Part shown: piece by piece, positions 8,984 through 19,135 of the stretch
Layout of the letters: every line of letters starts with the position of its first letter
How positions within the stretch are numbered: the first letter of the stretch is position 1
IMG/VR virus record: IMGVR_UViG_3300012953_000034
Span: 1 to 59,145 of that record
Origin: a virus
Lineage: Duplodnaviria > Caudoviricetes
Reading direction: 5' to 3' (one strand)
Length of the DNA: 59,145 nucleotides
Notes under the pieces: generated by a model
The model's database searches: none
The model's input: only the letters and a program-made list of their open reading frames with translations
Told to the model about the DNA's origin: nothing
Program-made: the position numbers and the translations under genes

Positions 8984-10813
8984 TCAGGATCCGCCTTCAC
9001 CAATCATGCCGCGAATAACGACAAGACCGTACATATCGGGACGCACCATCTTCTTAGCGTACCGAGTCATCACGCCCTTGCGAGGCACGAAGTCTTCTGG
9101 TCCGAAGATAGTTGGTGTGGTTTGCAGTGGGACGTACGGAGCGTACACATATCCGCTTTCAAGGAAAGAGGATCCGCGACGACCGACGAGCACCAAGTTA
9201 CGCAAGAAGTATGGATCAACGTATACGTCGAACTTCTTGGTAAGTGCTCCGACCTTCACAGCGCCGATGGAACCACGCTCGTCGTCACTAGTGACGGTGG
9301 CGCGGAAGCCAGCAGTGAACTCAAGGACGTTGGCAACTTCAGGTCCGCAGACAATAAAGTTAGCTCCGCCGCGAAGAGTCTTGCGGTGAATTTGTGCAGA
9401 AACATCGTTGATGGTTTCAACGAGAGTCTCATACCACTCGGATACAGTACCAGTGAAATCGGGAGCCTTAGTGGCAGCACCAATTTCAGCGCCTGTGTCA
9501 CGATTAACAAACAGACCCGGTGAGCGAGCCCAGTACTTAGTACCAGCCTTTGCACCGCGAATAAGATCTTCAAGGATCTCTTGATCGATTTCGAGAGCAA
9601 CTTGCTCCGAAAGGATGCTTGTCAACTCAACCTCTGCATCAAGGTTGTGGTAGGCGTTAAGGTCTTGACCTAACTCCGGAGTCCACTTAGCCTTGAGCTT
9701 CTTGGTCACAGCGGTCACAGCCACGGAATCGACCTTGATGTCGATCTCGGGGATCTTCTCGTTGTTTTCAAGGCCCCATGGGTCGTCACCGACCAGAGAA
9801 CCGAGAGCGCCACCAGCGACAAAGTCGTCAGTGATTGGCCAAGAACCAGAGATAAGGTTTGCACCGCCTGAACCGGGATAACCTGCACCGCCGGCAGCGT
9901 GAGTAGAACCAGTCAGGATTTCTGCTAACTGTGTTGCAGAAGTCGAACCATCATAGGATGCAATAACGATGATAGCGTGTGAATCGCCATGATCAGTTGA
10001 ACCAGTGATACGAGTTAAGCGTTTAAGCTGAACACCGTTGATGGCTGCGGAGCCCGACGAAGCGAGTTTACCCATACCAGCGTGACCAGACGCACCAGAA
10101 ACGACGAATGCGTTAAGGTTGCGGTTGCCAAGTGCAGCATCGAAGTCAGTAAGACCTGACAATTGAATACTACCAATAGCAACAGTAGCAGTACCAGACT
10201 GCGACTCAAGTTCAGCATCATACTCACAAAGCTTCGGAACATCACCAGCAGAAGAGCTGTATACACTCGAAGTGACAGCTGTAATCGCTAGGTTACCGGA
10301 GCCGGTTGGTGAAGCGTAACCGTTGTTAAGGTTGTAAGGACCTTCTTCGGCATTCGCTGCGGTAAGCTTAACACCACCGGTTAATTGTGAACCGACGATG
10401 CCGCCTCCGTAGAGCGACTCTTCATCACCTTGGGGATCACCGTAACCAAGACGGGGCAGACCTGCACCTTCGCTTGAGATAGTGAAGTCCAAGAAGAAAA
10501 TGAGGCCCGAGGGCAAGCTCATTGGTTGGACAGAGACAAGATCGTTTGCGATCAAGCCAGCGAAAACACGACGGACGATTGGGAATGCGACGGCTGCAAA
10601 GCCCTCAACATCTCCACCCTTCATTGTCGAAGTTTCGCGAAGTAGTTCTTTTGCTTGGTTTTCAAGCAAGCGAGCCATTGAGTTACGGTTTTGATCTCCA
10701 TCAAGACCCTCAAGAAGACCCGTCTTCTCCCACTTGGAAAGAAGAGCGTGTCCTTCTGCTCGCATATCACGATTGACCATACCTTCGGTCAATCTTTCGA
10801 TAATACTAGACAT
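8984..10813 (-). CDS. Major capsid protein (T4 gp23-like)
   Basis: LLENQA, FPIVRRVF, VSVQPMSLPSGLIF, KLKAKWTPELGQDLNAYH, YAPYVPLQ, GVMTRYA; strong SD AGGAGGTGAT. Confidence 0.97.
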   Translation of the reverse strand: MSSIIERLTEGMVNRDMRAEGHALLSKWEKTGLLEGLDGDQNRNSMARLLENQAKELLRETSTMKGGDVEGFAAVAFPIVRRVFAGLIANDLVSVQPMSLPSGLIFFLDFTISSEGAGLPRLGYGDPQGDEESLYGGGIVGSQLTGGVKLTAANAEEGPYNLNNGYASPTGSGNLAITAVTSSVYSSSAGDVPKLCEYDAELESQSGTATVAIGSIQLSGLTDFDAALGNRNLNAFVVSGASGHAGMGKLASSGSAAINGVQLKRLTRITGSTDHGDSHAIIVIASYDGSTSATQLAEILTGSTHAAGGAGYPGSGGANLISGSWPITDDFVAGGALGSLVGDDPWGLENNEKIPEIDIKVDSVAVTAVTKKLKAKWTPELGQDLNAYHNLDAEVELTSILSEQVALEIDQEILEDLIRGAKAGTKYWARSPGLFVNRDTGAEIGAATKAPDFTGTVSEWYETLVETINDVSAQIHRKTLRGGANFIVCGPEVANVLEFTAGFRATVTSDDERGSIGAVKVGALTKKFDVYVDPYFLRNLVLVGRRGSSFLESGYVYAPYVPLQTTPTIFGPEDFVPRKGVMTRYAKKMVRPDMYGLVVIRGMIGEGGS

Positions 10814-10833
10814 TTTAAATCACCTCCTTTTTT

Positions 10834-11985
10834 TTATGATTGTTTTATTCCAGCTAAACGACGCATTCTATCAGAAAATGCATCGTTGGGTTTTGACGAC
10901 TCTTGACGAGTCGCACGGATAACAGAAGAGGGACGGCTAATTGCTTCGCCTAGTGATTGTGGTCCGCGCTTTGGCGTGGACTCCACTGTGCTTTGAAGCG
11001 TTTCAAAGATCGTTCTTGCTTCTGCGACCGAACCGGCGCTAGAAATCGCTTCGACAATTTTATTTTTTTGTCGCTCATTTAAGGAGGTATTTCTTAAAAC
11101 ACGGTTCGTGTATAGTAAGCGAGCATTTGAAAGGTTAACCTCAAAAAGATTTTCCTTTAACTCACTCATAATTTCTTTATATTGCTGCATTTGCTGTGTG
11201 AGATTGTTGTTCTCATCACGCAGCGCTATATAATTCTCATCTAATTCTTCTTTTTCATCTAAAGTTTCTTCTTCAGTAGATGCCTCGTGGGCTAGCTCTC
11301 GCTCTTGGCCCAACTTAAGTTGTGATGTGGGTCGACCACCCCAGCCTGAAAGTTCAAAACCGGTGTCGACATCTAGTTTTTCCATCACTGCGTCGACTAA
11401 TGCGTCTAAGGGGGAATCTTGTTCGTCTAGATCGGCTAAGCCGCTCATGGCTTGACTATCTGCTTCCTCTTCCTCTGCAGAAGGATCGACATCAATGTCC
11501 ATTTCTTCTTTTACTTCGGCTGCAGCCTTCTTCATTGGCTCTTTTTTATCTCCGTCTTTGTCTAAATCGAGAAAATCTGGTTTTTCATCAGCCTCTTCAA
11601 TAGCATCCTCTTCAACAGACTCAGCTAGTTGCGCAATTGCTTCTTGCAAGGCGCCTAAATCGATATTGACCTCAACGTCTTCACCATTCTCTGCGAGTGA
11701 TGAGAGGTTCTCTCCCTCGTTATGAGATAATCCATCGGTTGCCGCTAAGGGAATGTTATCTTCCGTAACCTCTTCGTTTGATTCGTCGATGGCACTAGAC
11801 GCATCGGCGTCTCCTCCGAGGTCAAGGCCGGCAAGAGGATCGACCTCTTCTTGCTCTAATAACTCTTCCAATACGTTTTTTACCTCGTCTGAGTACTTTT
11901 CAATAATGGTGCTTTCGGCATTTTTTAACGCGCTTTCGCGAAGAGCTTTGGCGTCAACAATAGCCTCACCAAGTAAACTAGACAT
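10834..11985 (-). CDS. Prohead core scaffolding protein (T4 gp22-like)
   Basis: Very acidic, C-terminal coiled coil EVNLSNARLLY, ends RMRRLAGI; immediately upstream of the capsid gene. Confidence 0.8.
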   Translation of the reverse strand: MSSLLGEAIVDAKALRESALKNAESTIIEKYSDEVKNVLEELLEQEEVDPLAGLDLGGDADASSAIDESNEEVTEDNIPLAATDGLSHNEGENLSSLAENGEDVEVNIDLGALQEAIAQLAESVEEDAIEEADEKPDFLDLDKDGDKKEPMKKAAAEVKEEMDIDVDPSAEEEEADSQAMSGLADLDEQDSPLDALVDAVMEKLDVDTGFELSGWGGRPTSQLKLGQERELAHEASTEEETLDEKEELDENYIALRDENNNLTQQMQQYKEIMSELKENLFEVNLSNARLLYTNRVLRNTSLNERQKNKIVEAISSAGSVAEARTIFETLQSTVESTPKRGPQSLGEAISRPSSVIRATRQESSKPNDAFSDRMRRLAGIKQS

Positions 11986-12018
11986 GAATTTTCTCCTTAA
12001 GTTGACAATAATTCAAAA

Positions 12019-12026
12019 TAAATAGT
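12019..12026 (-). promoter_or_regulatory. Putative late promoter ACTATTTA (scaffold-capsid operon)
   Basis: Same recurrent motif, 33 nt upstream of the scaffold ATG. Confidence 0.6.
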
Positions 12027-12094
12027 ATTGACGCACACAAAAGGCCATTTTTTAAACTTTTGTAATATTAGCCAGATGGGCGATGATTGTTATT

Positions 12095-14368
12095 TTATTG
12101 TGGCAAGTGAACATTAGCAGCGATGCATCGAATGTCATCAGTTGAGTTTCTAATTGCGGTGGCTGCTACTGACCAGTTTACAGCATCGTCTGTACTCTTT
12201 AGAAGGAGGCCATCTTGTGCGCATATTACCCAGGTGTTGCCATCGGTTGATGCATCTCTAAGGTTGTCGCCAGACGTAATCGAAGAAACATCAACAACAT
12301 TAAAGTTGCTAATTGATGTTCCGCTAACATCGGCGTAGCCTATTTTCTGTCTATCGTGTGGAACGACAAGGATTCTTCCTTGATAAGCAACAATCGTTGT
12401 TCTCTCGCTGTCTCCCGTCCCATAGTTTTCTAAGGCTCCGCCTCCTGCTTCGCTGCTCCAAGTAGTGACGTCGGCGGTAGAGCATGATCTAAGAAATGTT
12501 TTTCCTGAATCCGTAGTGCGCTCATAGGAAATCACCCAGGTATCACCGGTATATGCCATTCCACTAATTTTGCTAAAGTTTTCGCCAGTAAAAGTATGTG
12601 CTAACGTAAACGAGGTGCCATTATTTGTACTGTAATAAATTCTTTCGTCTTGACCCATCATCCAATTTCCGTATCCATCGCCGGCAAGTGCTGTTATTCG
12701 ATTCCCAGTGTGGCCGGTTATTCCGCTAAGTAAAATCTCTGACCAATTTACGGCGCCGTCAATACTTCTATAGTAAGCCTTGTTGTCTCCTTGTTCGCCA
12801 ACAGCCATCCACACACCGGCTTTGGTGCGTGCTGAACTCTCGGTCCAAGCTATAACAAACTGATCACCGTCATCCGTTGCTGAATTATCTATATTAACGC
12901 TTGTCCAAGGTTGACCATCTGCGACATTAGCACTGCTAACAGAAACTTGTTTTGATTTTGAGTCATTTGTCATGCAATAGATTCCGTCACCTTTTCCATT
13001 TTTACCGTAAGCAACGTCATATGCTCCCGAAGTATCCCCACCATCAAGTCTGTCGTAAAATGTCCAAGACGTGAGATCTGAATTAGAAGCGTAACCAGCG
13101 TATTCGAGCGCGGTGCCGGCAACCCACCGAGTGGCGCCAAGTGTGGTGTCGTAAACATTGGATGTGATAACGTGAATATTGGTGTCACTATCGGGAAATC
13201 CATTTACAATTTTAGTCCACGTGGCACCTTTGTCGGTGCTCTGCCACATATCACTATTTTCAGCAGCTATTATCCAATTGCCGCGGCCATCGGTCGCAAT
13301 ATCTCTTGCATTTTCGCCACCACTAATAGCGTCTACTTCACTGTAATTTGATATTATTTTGCCACTGACTTCGAATATACCAACCTGTCGCCTATCAAGG
13401 CTAACAAACATTACACGGCCGGTCCTATCTGCCGCGGCGCGGACATACTCAAATGGATATGCGAAATCAGGCGACAGAATATTTGTGTCGGTAGGTGTCC
13501 CAAAATCTGTTAAATCTGTTGCTGCGGCACTAGCAACATATAAATCATTTTCAAGCTGTTGTTTATAAATCATCACAAAACTGTTATTTGTGTAAACAAT
13601 GCTAAATAGATATCCCACATTACTGAGTCCGTGAGCTACCTTCGACCAATTAAGACCGTCGTTTGTGCTTACAAACATTTCTTTTCTTTGAAGCATTACC
13701 CAGGTTCCATTTCCATCAGAAGCTATCTCTGTTGCTTGCCTGTTCTCGCCGGCGCTCCCTGTTTCCCAGGTGTCACCTGGCATATTCGAGGTAATTTCAG
13801 TCCAACTAATTGTGCCGTCAGTACTACGAAATACTTTGCCGCCACTGGTACCACCTATCCAAACACCCGCTTTTGCGCCATCGGATGCTTCGGCCCATCT
13901 TAATGCGGAAAATTGGTTGCTAATATCGCTACTATTAACTATTTCTAAATTTGTCCAATCGGCTGCTATTGTTGCGTCTAAGCCGCTGACTGCTAATTGT
14001 TTTGTAGTAATTTCGCCTTGGCCACCGCTATCTAGTTTTTGAGTCAATACATAAATACCCTCACCATCGACGTTTTTTCCAAGAACGCCTCTTAAAGTTG
14101 CATTTCGATCATTAGCATCAGGCTGGTATGTGGCACTTGTCCAATCGGCTGTTTCGATGCTTGGTTCGTTGGCGTATCCATATTTGCCAATACCGAATGA
14201 AGTTGCAGCAAAAGCGCAGATCCAATCAGGTTGTCTTCTGGCTCTCCTTTCGTCGATTGGCGGCGGTGATGGATTGGCATTTATGCTTCTAACAGATAAC
14301 TCGACTACGCCATTGATTGACGTAATATTATCGCGATTAGTTGAATTTAGTGAAGAATAATTAGACAT
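12095..14368 (-). CDS. BNR/Asp-box beta-propeller protein, possible receptor-binding fibre tip
   Basis: Asp-box-like repeats RSTDGTISW, VSTNDGLNW, QSTDKGATW, RSIDGAVNW, KSTDDAVNW; two internally similar halves. Confidence 0.65.
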   Translation of the reverse strand: MSNYSSLNSTNRDNITSINGVVELSVRSINANPSPPPIDERRARRQPDWICAFAATSFGIGKYGYANEPSIETADWTSATYQPDANDRNATLRGVLGKNVDGEGIYVLTQKLDSGGQGEITTKQLAVSGLDATIAADWTNLEIVNSSDISNQFSALRWAEASDGAKAGVWIGGTSGGKVFRSTDGTISWTEITSNMPGDTWETGSAGENRQATEIASDGNGTWVMLQRKEMFVSTNDGLNWSKVAHGLSNVGYLFSIVYTNNSFVMIYKQQLENDLYVASAAATDLTDFGTPTDTNILSPDFAYPFEYVRAAADRTGRVMFVSLDRRQVGIFEVSGKIISNYSEVDAISGGENARDIATDGRGNWIIAAENSDMWQSTDKGATWTKIVNGFPDSDTNIHVITSNVYDTTLGATRWVAGTALEYAGYASNSDLTSWTFYDRLDGGDTSGAYDVAYGKNGKGDGIYCMTNDSKSKQVSVSSANVADGQPWTSVNIDNSATDDGDQFVIAWTESSARTKAGVWMAVGEQGDNKAYYRSIDGAVNWSEILLSGITGHTGNRITALAGDGYGNWMMGQDERIYYSTNNGTSFTLAHTFTGENFSKISGMAYTGDTWVISYERTTDSGKTFLRSCSTADVTTWSSEAGGGALENYGTGDSERTTIVAYQGRILVVPHDRQKIGYADVSGTSISNFNVVDVSSITSGDNLRDASTDGNTWVICAQDGLLLKSTDDAVNWSVAATAIRNSTDDIRCIAANVHLPQ

Positions 14369-17300
14369 TAGGTTACAATAAGATAATCTGGACTTGGGTT
14401 AAAATATACCACATTGGCTTGTGTCGTGCAATTGCCCAACACACGAAGTATTTCTCCTGAGCCCGATGGTCTCATGGTCGTAATGTGTCCGGGAGCCGAG
14501 ATGTAAACTGTCGCGCCGGGTACGAATGCGCCACTCAAATATGTGTGGACGTCGAAGAATCCGCGAATAAGCATTCCATTGGTTGCAGGAGCAGCCCCAA
14601 GAGCGATACCCAGCATACCTAAACCACCAGAAGCTGCATTGATCATATCGGTCTGCTCCCAACTGGAGCCACTGTGCAGATAGTAAAGCTTTCCTGTTGT
14701 CGTGGTTCCGGTACCAAATTTGACCGCCTCTCCGCCGCCGGTGTCGTTGGCCAGAGTGGTTGGGTTATGGTGTACGTCAAGATCGGTTTTGGGATCGGAG
14801 TTGTTGATCCCAACCGCGTCATTAGCGCCCTTAACATAAAGCATGTATGTGTTGTTATCGGATTCTACGCGGAAATTAACTAAGGTGTTGTTAAAGTCCG
14901 TACCCCCTTGGTTAACGACCACCTCTGGTACCGCGCCATCTAGACGCAAACCTTCTTTAATCGTACCATCGTCATTACATTTGAACACAATATGTCTGTT
15001 GTTGGTGTTGTTTTGTACTAGAATATTCTCGGAAGAGTTTATTCCGATTAGTGCATTTGCTGAGCTAACGCTGCGACTTAAATACAAGTAAGGTTCCGTT
15101 TCCTTTAGTGTAAGGCTGCCGGAGTTGTACATTTCACCACTAGCACTAAGATAAAATACCGGATCTTTGGTGTCAGATTTAACTGATATTAGTTTTTCGA
15201 TATCTGAGCCGGATACATTTAACACACCACCCAAATGACCACCACCAACAGCGACTTGGCCAGAGCCGGATACACCAAAACATATTCTATTCCCTTCGTG
15301 ATCAGCGGCCTGAGCCATTATCAGCATTCGGTTGCTAGTGTCTGATGGTCTGATGTGTAATATTCCATCTTGTGGGCCTTCGCCGCTTCTATCTCCGATT
15401 GCTAATCTTGGGCTTGAACCAGTAATATGCAACCCTGTCGAGCCAGTAATTGAGCCGCTGACTCTTAAGTACCCTGAAGTCTCAACACCAGTCGAACTAT
15501 AGAGTCTGGCGGAGCCCGATGCTGCTCCGGCAATGCCCGTCAAACCAGAGCCGTCACCATAGAAATTGGCTGCGTGAATGGCTCCCGTCACAGCTAAATC
15601 ATTTGAAGATGAAATGGAGCCTACTGTTCTTATGGTACTCGAGCCAGAGACAGAGCCACTGATCACAATATCGGAAAACGATCCAGTCCCTTTAATTGTG
15701 GTAGTATCAGCGCCGGCAGTACCTAAAATAGTAGATCCGGATACTCTCAAGTAACCCGAGGTTTCAACCCCTGCAACACTATAGTGCCGATCGGAACCTG
15801 ATACAGATATTGCCGAGACGGCCGTTAAACCAGAGCCGTTGCCATAGAAGTTAGCTGCGTGGACGGCACCCGTGACAGCAAGATTCACTGAAGAGGATAT
15901 GGATGCCGCGGCATAAATGCCATCTGAACCAGAGATGGAGCCCGTAGCAACAACGCTGGAGAAAGAGCCGGTACCCTTAATCGTAACGGTGGCGGCCAAT
16001 GTAGCAGAGCCAGAGGCCTTTAAATACCCTGAAGTCTCAACACCAGTCGAACTATAGAGTCTGGCGGAGCCCGATGCTGCTCCGGCAATGCCCGTCAAAC
16101 CAGAGCCGTCACCATAGAAATTGGCTGCATGCACAGCGCCGGTGACTGCTAAATCATTTGAAGACGAGATGGAACCAACCGTGGCGACACCCACAGAACT
16201 CGAAATTTGAGTGCCATTAATCACTGTTGCGAAATTTGTGCCCGGGCGTACAGCCAATCCCTGATCTGAATAGACGCTGCTAGCATGCACAGCACCGGTC
16301 ACAGCTAAATCACCTGAAGACGACAGTGAACCAACCAATCGCAATGGTCCAGAGCCGGATACGTCTCCATTAGAATCGATAACAAGCAAATTAGTATCAT
16401 TGGCTTTTCGGAATTGAACCTTAGTTGCACCGGCATTGTCTCCCATTCTCAATCGAATATTTTTATCCACTGCATTGTTGCGAATATTTAAATGGTCTGC
16501 TTCAGCCGCAATAACAGAATTGGAGCCGTTATAATAAATTTGCAATTGGGCGCCCCCTCCGAACGAAGCAGAGGCATTGGTGTTGTTGAAATTAACACCC
16601 CTGGATGCCGTAACGGGAGAGGCGAATTGGGCAGCTCCTGTCACTTTCAACTGCGCTCCGAGGAGCGTATTCCCCACTGCCTGCAGGGTGTTAGAAGACG
16701 ATATTATACCTACCACTTTTAAGGTGTCGGTGCCAGTCGATCCGGGATCGCCGAATGTAAGGTTGGCCTCACCTTGTACTGTGTTCGCATTCACCGCGGT
16801 AATGACCCTGTTGTCCACTGCCCCGTTATAGTTCGCAATAGCTGCTGATGATAGCCCTGTTAATCCGGATCCATCACCGTGAAAGCTAGCACCATGCACG
16901 GCGCCAGTAACTGCCAAATCGCCAGAAGATGAAATCGAGCCCACAGTTCGCACAGTATTTGAGGAAGATAAGGCCCCGATAGCGCTGACCTTGAATGACG
17001 ATTCTCCGCCAATGTTTAGCGCGCCACCATTGACGCCCAGCGCACCCGAGATGGTTTGTTTTGATAAGACAGCACCGGTCACGTTAAGATTGTTGCTAAG
17101 GTATGCCACTCCTCCGAGTTCTAAATTCAAAGACGCCGATATTGAACCTGAAGTTTTGACCGATCCTGTGGTGTGGACATTGCTGCCGAACGTCGATGAG
17201 CCCTGAAAATGGGCTCCAAAAGCAGAGGAAAGACTCGAGTTGAGCTTTGTTTGCGCATTTACAGTCAAAGTACCATTTAAAGTAGTTGTGCCACTAACAG

Positions 17301-17874
17301 CCAGTGTGCTTCCCAGAGTTACGGCGCCATCATTATGCATAGCTTTGGAGCCAGAATAGTAACCTTGGTTATAAATGTATGGATTACTAATCGGAGCAAA
17401 GCCTCCCGCTGCCGAAGCTCGTTGAATATTTATATCGGCGCCGACAAGCGAGGCGCCATTACCTTGAAGAAGCTGTGAGGCTGACACAAATCCGACCACC
17501 TTAAAATTAGTGTCGTCCCATATTAAATTTGCAGAGGCTCCGAGTGCGGTGCCTCCTTCATTAAACTGAATCTGTGTATCAGAGCCGGCGGGAATAATGG
17601 CAGTTGCTGGTATGCTGGTAAGGCCAATACCGCTTCCATAGAAGGATGCTGCCTTTACAGCACCTGTTACATATACATCAGCAGACGCGGAGACGGTGTC
17701 AATTCTATAAATACCAGAGCCTGATATTAGAGTGTTTGTGATGTTGAGCCTTGGAGCGCCGCCTGTTCTCAATATAATTTGATCATTCTCAAAATCAATT
17801 TGGACATCATTCGGATCGCCTTCGTACTGAATATCTCCAGTATGCTGGGGGCCCTTGTTGTTGTTATATGCCAT
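14368..17874 (-). CDS. Long Ser/Gly-rich fibre protein
   Basis: Repeated SISSSxDLAVTGAVHAxxFxGDGSGLT modules, PAGSDTQIQFN fibre motif, C-terminal GMLGIALG...YFNP domain. Confidence 0.75.
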   Translation of the reverse strand: MAYNNNKGPQHTGDIQYEGDPNDVQIDFENDQIILRTGGAPRLNITNTLISGSGIYRIDTVSASADVYVTGAVKAASFYGSGIGLTSIPATAIIPAGSDTQIQFNEGGTALGASANLIWDDTNFKVVGFVSASQLLQGNGASLVGADINIQRASAAGGFAPISNPYIYNQGYYSGSKAMHNDGAVTLGSTLAVSGTTTLNGTLTVNAQTKLNSSLSSAFGAHFQGSSTFGSNVHTTGSVKTSGSISASLNLELGGVAYLSNNLNVTGAVLSKQTISGALGVNGGALNIGGESSFKVSAIGALSSSNTVRTVGSISSSGDLAVTGAVHGASFHGDGSGLTGLSSAAIANYNGAVDNRVITAVNANTVQGEANLTFGDPGSTGTDTLKVVGIISSSNTLQAVGNTLLGAQLKVTGAAQFASPVTASRGVNFNNTNASASFGGGAQLQIYYNGSNSVIAAEADHLNIRNNAVDKNIRLRMGDNAGATKVQFRKANDTNLLVIDSNGDVSGSGPLRLVGSLSSSGDLAVTGAVHASSVYSDQGLAVRPGTNFATVINGTQISSSVGVATVGSISSSNDLAVTGAVHAANFYGDGSGLTGIAGAASGSARLYSSTGVETSGYLKASGSATLAATVTIKGTGSFSSVVATGSISGSDGIYAAASISSSVNLAVTGAVHAANFYGNGSGLTAVSAISVSGSDRHYSVAGVETSGYLRVSGSTILGTAGADTTTIKGTGSFSDIVISGSVSGSSTIRTVGSISSSNDLAVTGAIHAANFYGDGSGLTGIAGAASGSARLYSSTGVETSGYLRVSGSITGSTGLHITGSSPRLAIGDRSGEGPQDGILHIRPSDTSNRMLIMAQAADHEGNRICFGVSGSGQVAVGGGHLGGVLNVSGSDIEKLISVKSDTKDPVFYLSASGEMYNSGSLTLKETEPYLYLSRSVSSANALIGINSSENILVQNNTNNRHIVFKCNDDGTIKEGLRLDGAVPEVVVNQGGTDFNNTLVNFRVESDNNTYMLYVKGANDAVGINNSDPKTDLDVHHNPTTLANDTGGGEAVKFGTGTTTTGKLYYLHSGSSWEQTDMINAASGGLGMLGIALGAAPATNGMLIRGFFDVHTYLSGAFVPGATVYISAPGHITTMRPSGSGEILRVLGNCTTQANVVYFNPSPDYLIVT
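15470..15573. repeat. 104-nt exact direct repeat, copy 1
   Basis: Identical to 16025-16128 (offset 555 nt, in frame); encodes AANFYGDGSGLTGIAGAASGSARLYSSTGVETSGY. Confidence 0.9.
16025..16128. repeat. 104-nt exact direct repeat, copy 2
   Basis: Identical to 15470-15573. Confidence 0.9.
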
Positions 17875-17893
17875 CTAAAGTTTCCTTTTTATT

Positions 17894-19021
17894 TTAGTTG
17901 CTATGGGTTCCAATCACCCACCAATTGGAGCCGTCCGATTGCAAACAACGAACCGCATAATTGTTTTTTATAATTAGTTCGGAGTGCCGATCAATCGTAC
18001 CTTCTTGCACCTTAAGAGTTACAGGGTGAGTTCGTAAGTTGTATTTATCACTGTTCGCTTTTTTAAAGTTAAGTATCCGCCCTTTATGATCGCATGCTGG
18101 CGGTAACATTACGTCTATCGGATTCTTGTTTGTATCACAAACAATTGTGTAGTCCTCATCTCTAACTGCGTAGAGTCGTTCGTTTACATTGCAGATATTT
18201 CCGACAATTGCACCGCTGCAACTTATCGTGCCCGCTACATTTACGGAAGTAGTACGTACAGTTCCTTTGACAGTGAGAGTGTCCGATCCGGAATCATACA
18301 CAAAATTTGGTGAAGATTTAAATCCGTTATTATCTTTTAGTTGAATCGCGTTTAAGATTCCGTGCGGTTGAGGTGCTTTAATCTTCAAGTAGTTGTTGTA
18401 AAAATTATTCAATGTTGTTTTGGTGATTATCCCTCTAGATTGATCGGCAACCACCAACGAATCGTTATCGCTTAAATTTTGACCGTTGGTTGCGATATTT
18501 GTAACAGTCTCCAAATCAAGAGAAAGCTTTCCATTTGTGACTGTTATGCCGCGGCTAGTGTCAGTTGCGACACCAACTTTCTCATTCTCAATTAAAAGAC
18601 CGGGGCCCGGGTTGACCTGTAGTCTTCCTCTTATATTTTTAAGACCATGACCCAACTCAAGACTAGATGCTTGTATTTTATCGACGAAATTGTTAGAAGG
18701 AATATTTGTTAAAGTCTCAGCAGAGCCGACGAATCTTGATGCCTCAACAATATTAGTTCTCATTACAGATCCATCAAAGGTAAGATTGTAATGTGCCCGG
18801 GCAGTGCCTTCCTTCTCCCACACCAGTAAGCCGTTGGTGCCGCCGGCATTTATTTTTTTAATTGCAACGTCTTTCATAGTTGCACAGGGGCTCTGGGCGT
18901 CTGTGTCGTAAAACACGCTCGCACTAATTGTATTTTTAAATATTTTGTTCCCGTCTATCTCCTGATCGCCGTGTTGATCTACGGAGCCGTCAACGGTGCC
19001 CTTCAAGACATTATAAGCCAT
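17894..19021 (-). CDS. Fibre-like virion protein
   Basis: MAYN N-terminus, GDQEIDGNKIF motif, C-terminal domain MLPPA...KK...ID...SDGSNWWV shared with neighbours. Confidence 0.65.
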   Translation of the reverse strand: MAYNVLKGTVDGSVDQHGDQEIDGNKIFKNTISASVFYDTDAQSPCATMKDVAIKKINAGGTNGLLVWEKEGTARAHYNLTFDGSVMRTNIVEASRFVGSAETLTNIPSNNFVDKIQASSLELGHGLKNIRGRLQVNPGPGLLIENEKVGVATDTSRGITVTNGKLSLDLETVTNIATNGQNLSDNDSLVVADQSRGIITKTTLNNFYNNYLKIKAPQPHGILNAIQLKDNNGFKSSPNFVYDSGSDTLTVKGTVRTTSVNVAGTISCSGAIVGNICNVNERLYAVRDEDYTIVCDTNKNPIDVMLPPACDHKGRILNFKKANSDKYNLRTHPVTLKVQEGTIDRHSELIIKNNYAVRCLQSDGSNWWVIGTHSN

Positions 19022-19071
19022 ACTTTGTCCTCGTCTCTAATAAATAGATTATTTTTGTTTATTAGACATAT

Positions 19072-19102
19072 AAAAAAGGATGCCCCCACAAGGGAGGCAT
19101 CC
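19072..19102 (-). terminator. Rho-independent terminator
   Basis: GGATGCC...GGCATCC stem followed by T6 on the minus strand. Confidence 0.7.
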
Positions 19103-19135
19103 AAAAATGAGATAATCTTCAAGATTATAAAAATC

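Noticed and set aside
8942-9523. Plus-strand ORFs such as 8942-9523, 19224-19766, 19899-20516 and 33653-34324
   Set aside because: Antisense shadows of codon-biased genes, with no SD or recognisable motifs
15470-16128. Diversity-generating retroelement TR/VR pair
   Set aside because: Copies are identical rather than differing at adenines, both lie inside one ORF, and no reverse transcriptase is present in the window
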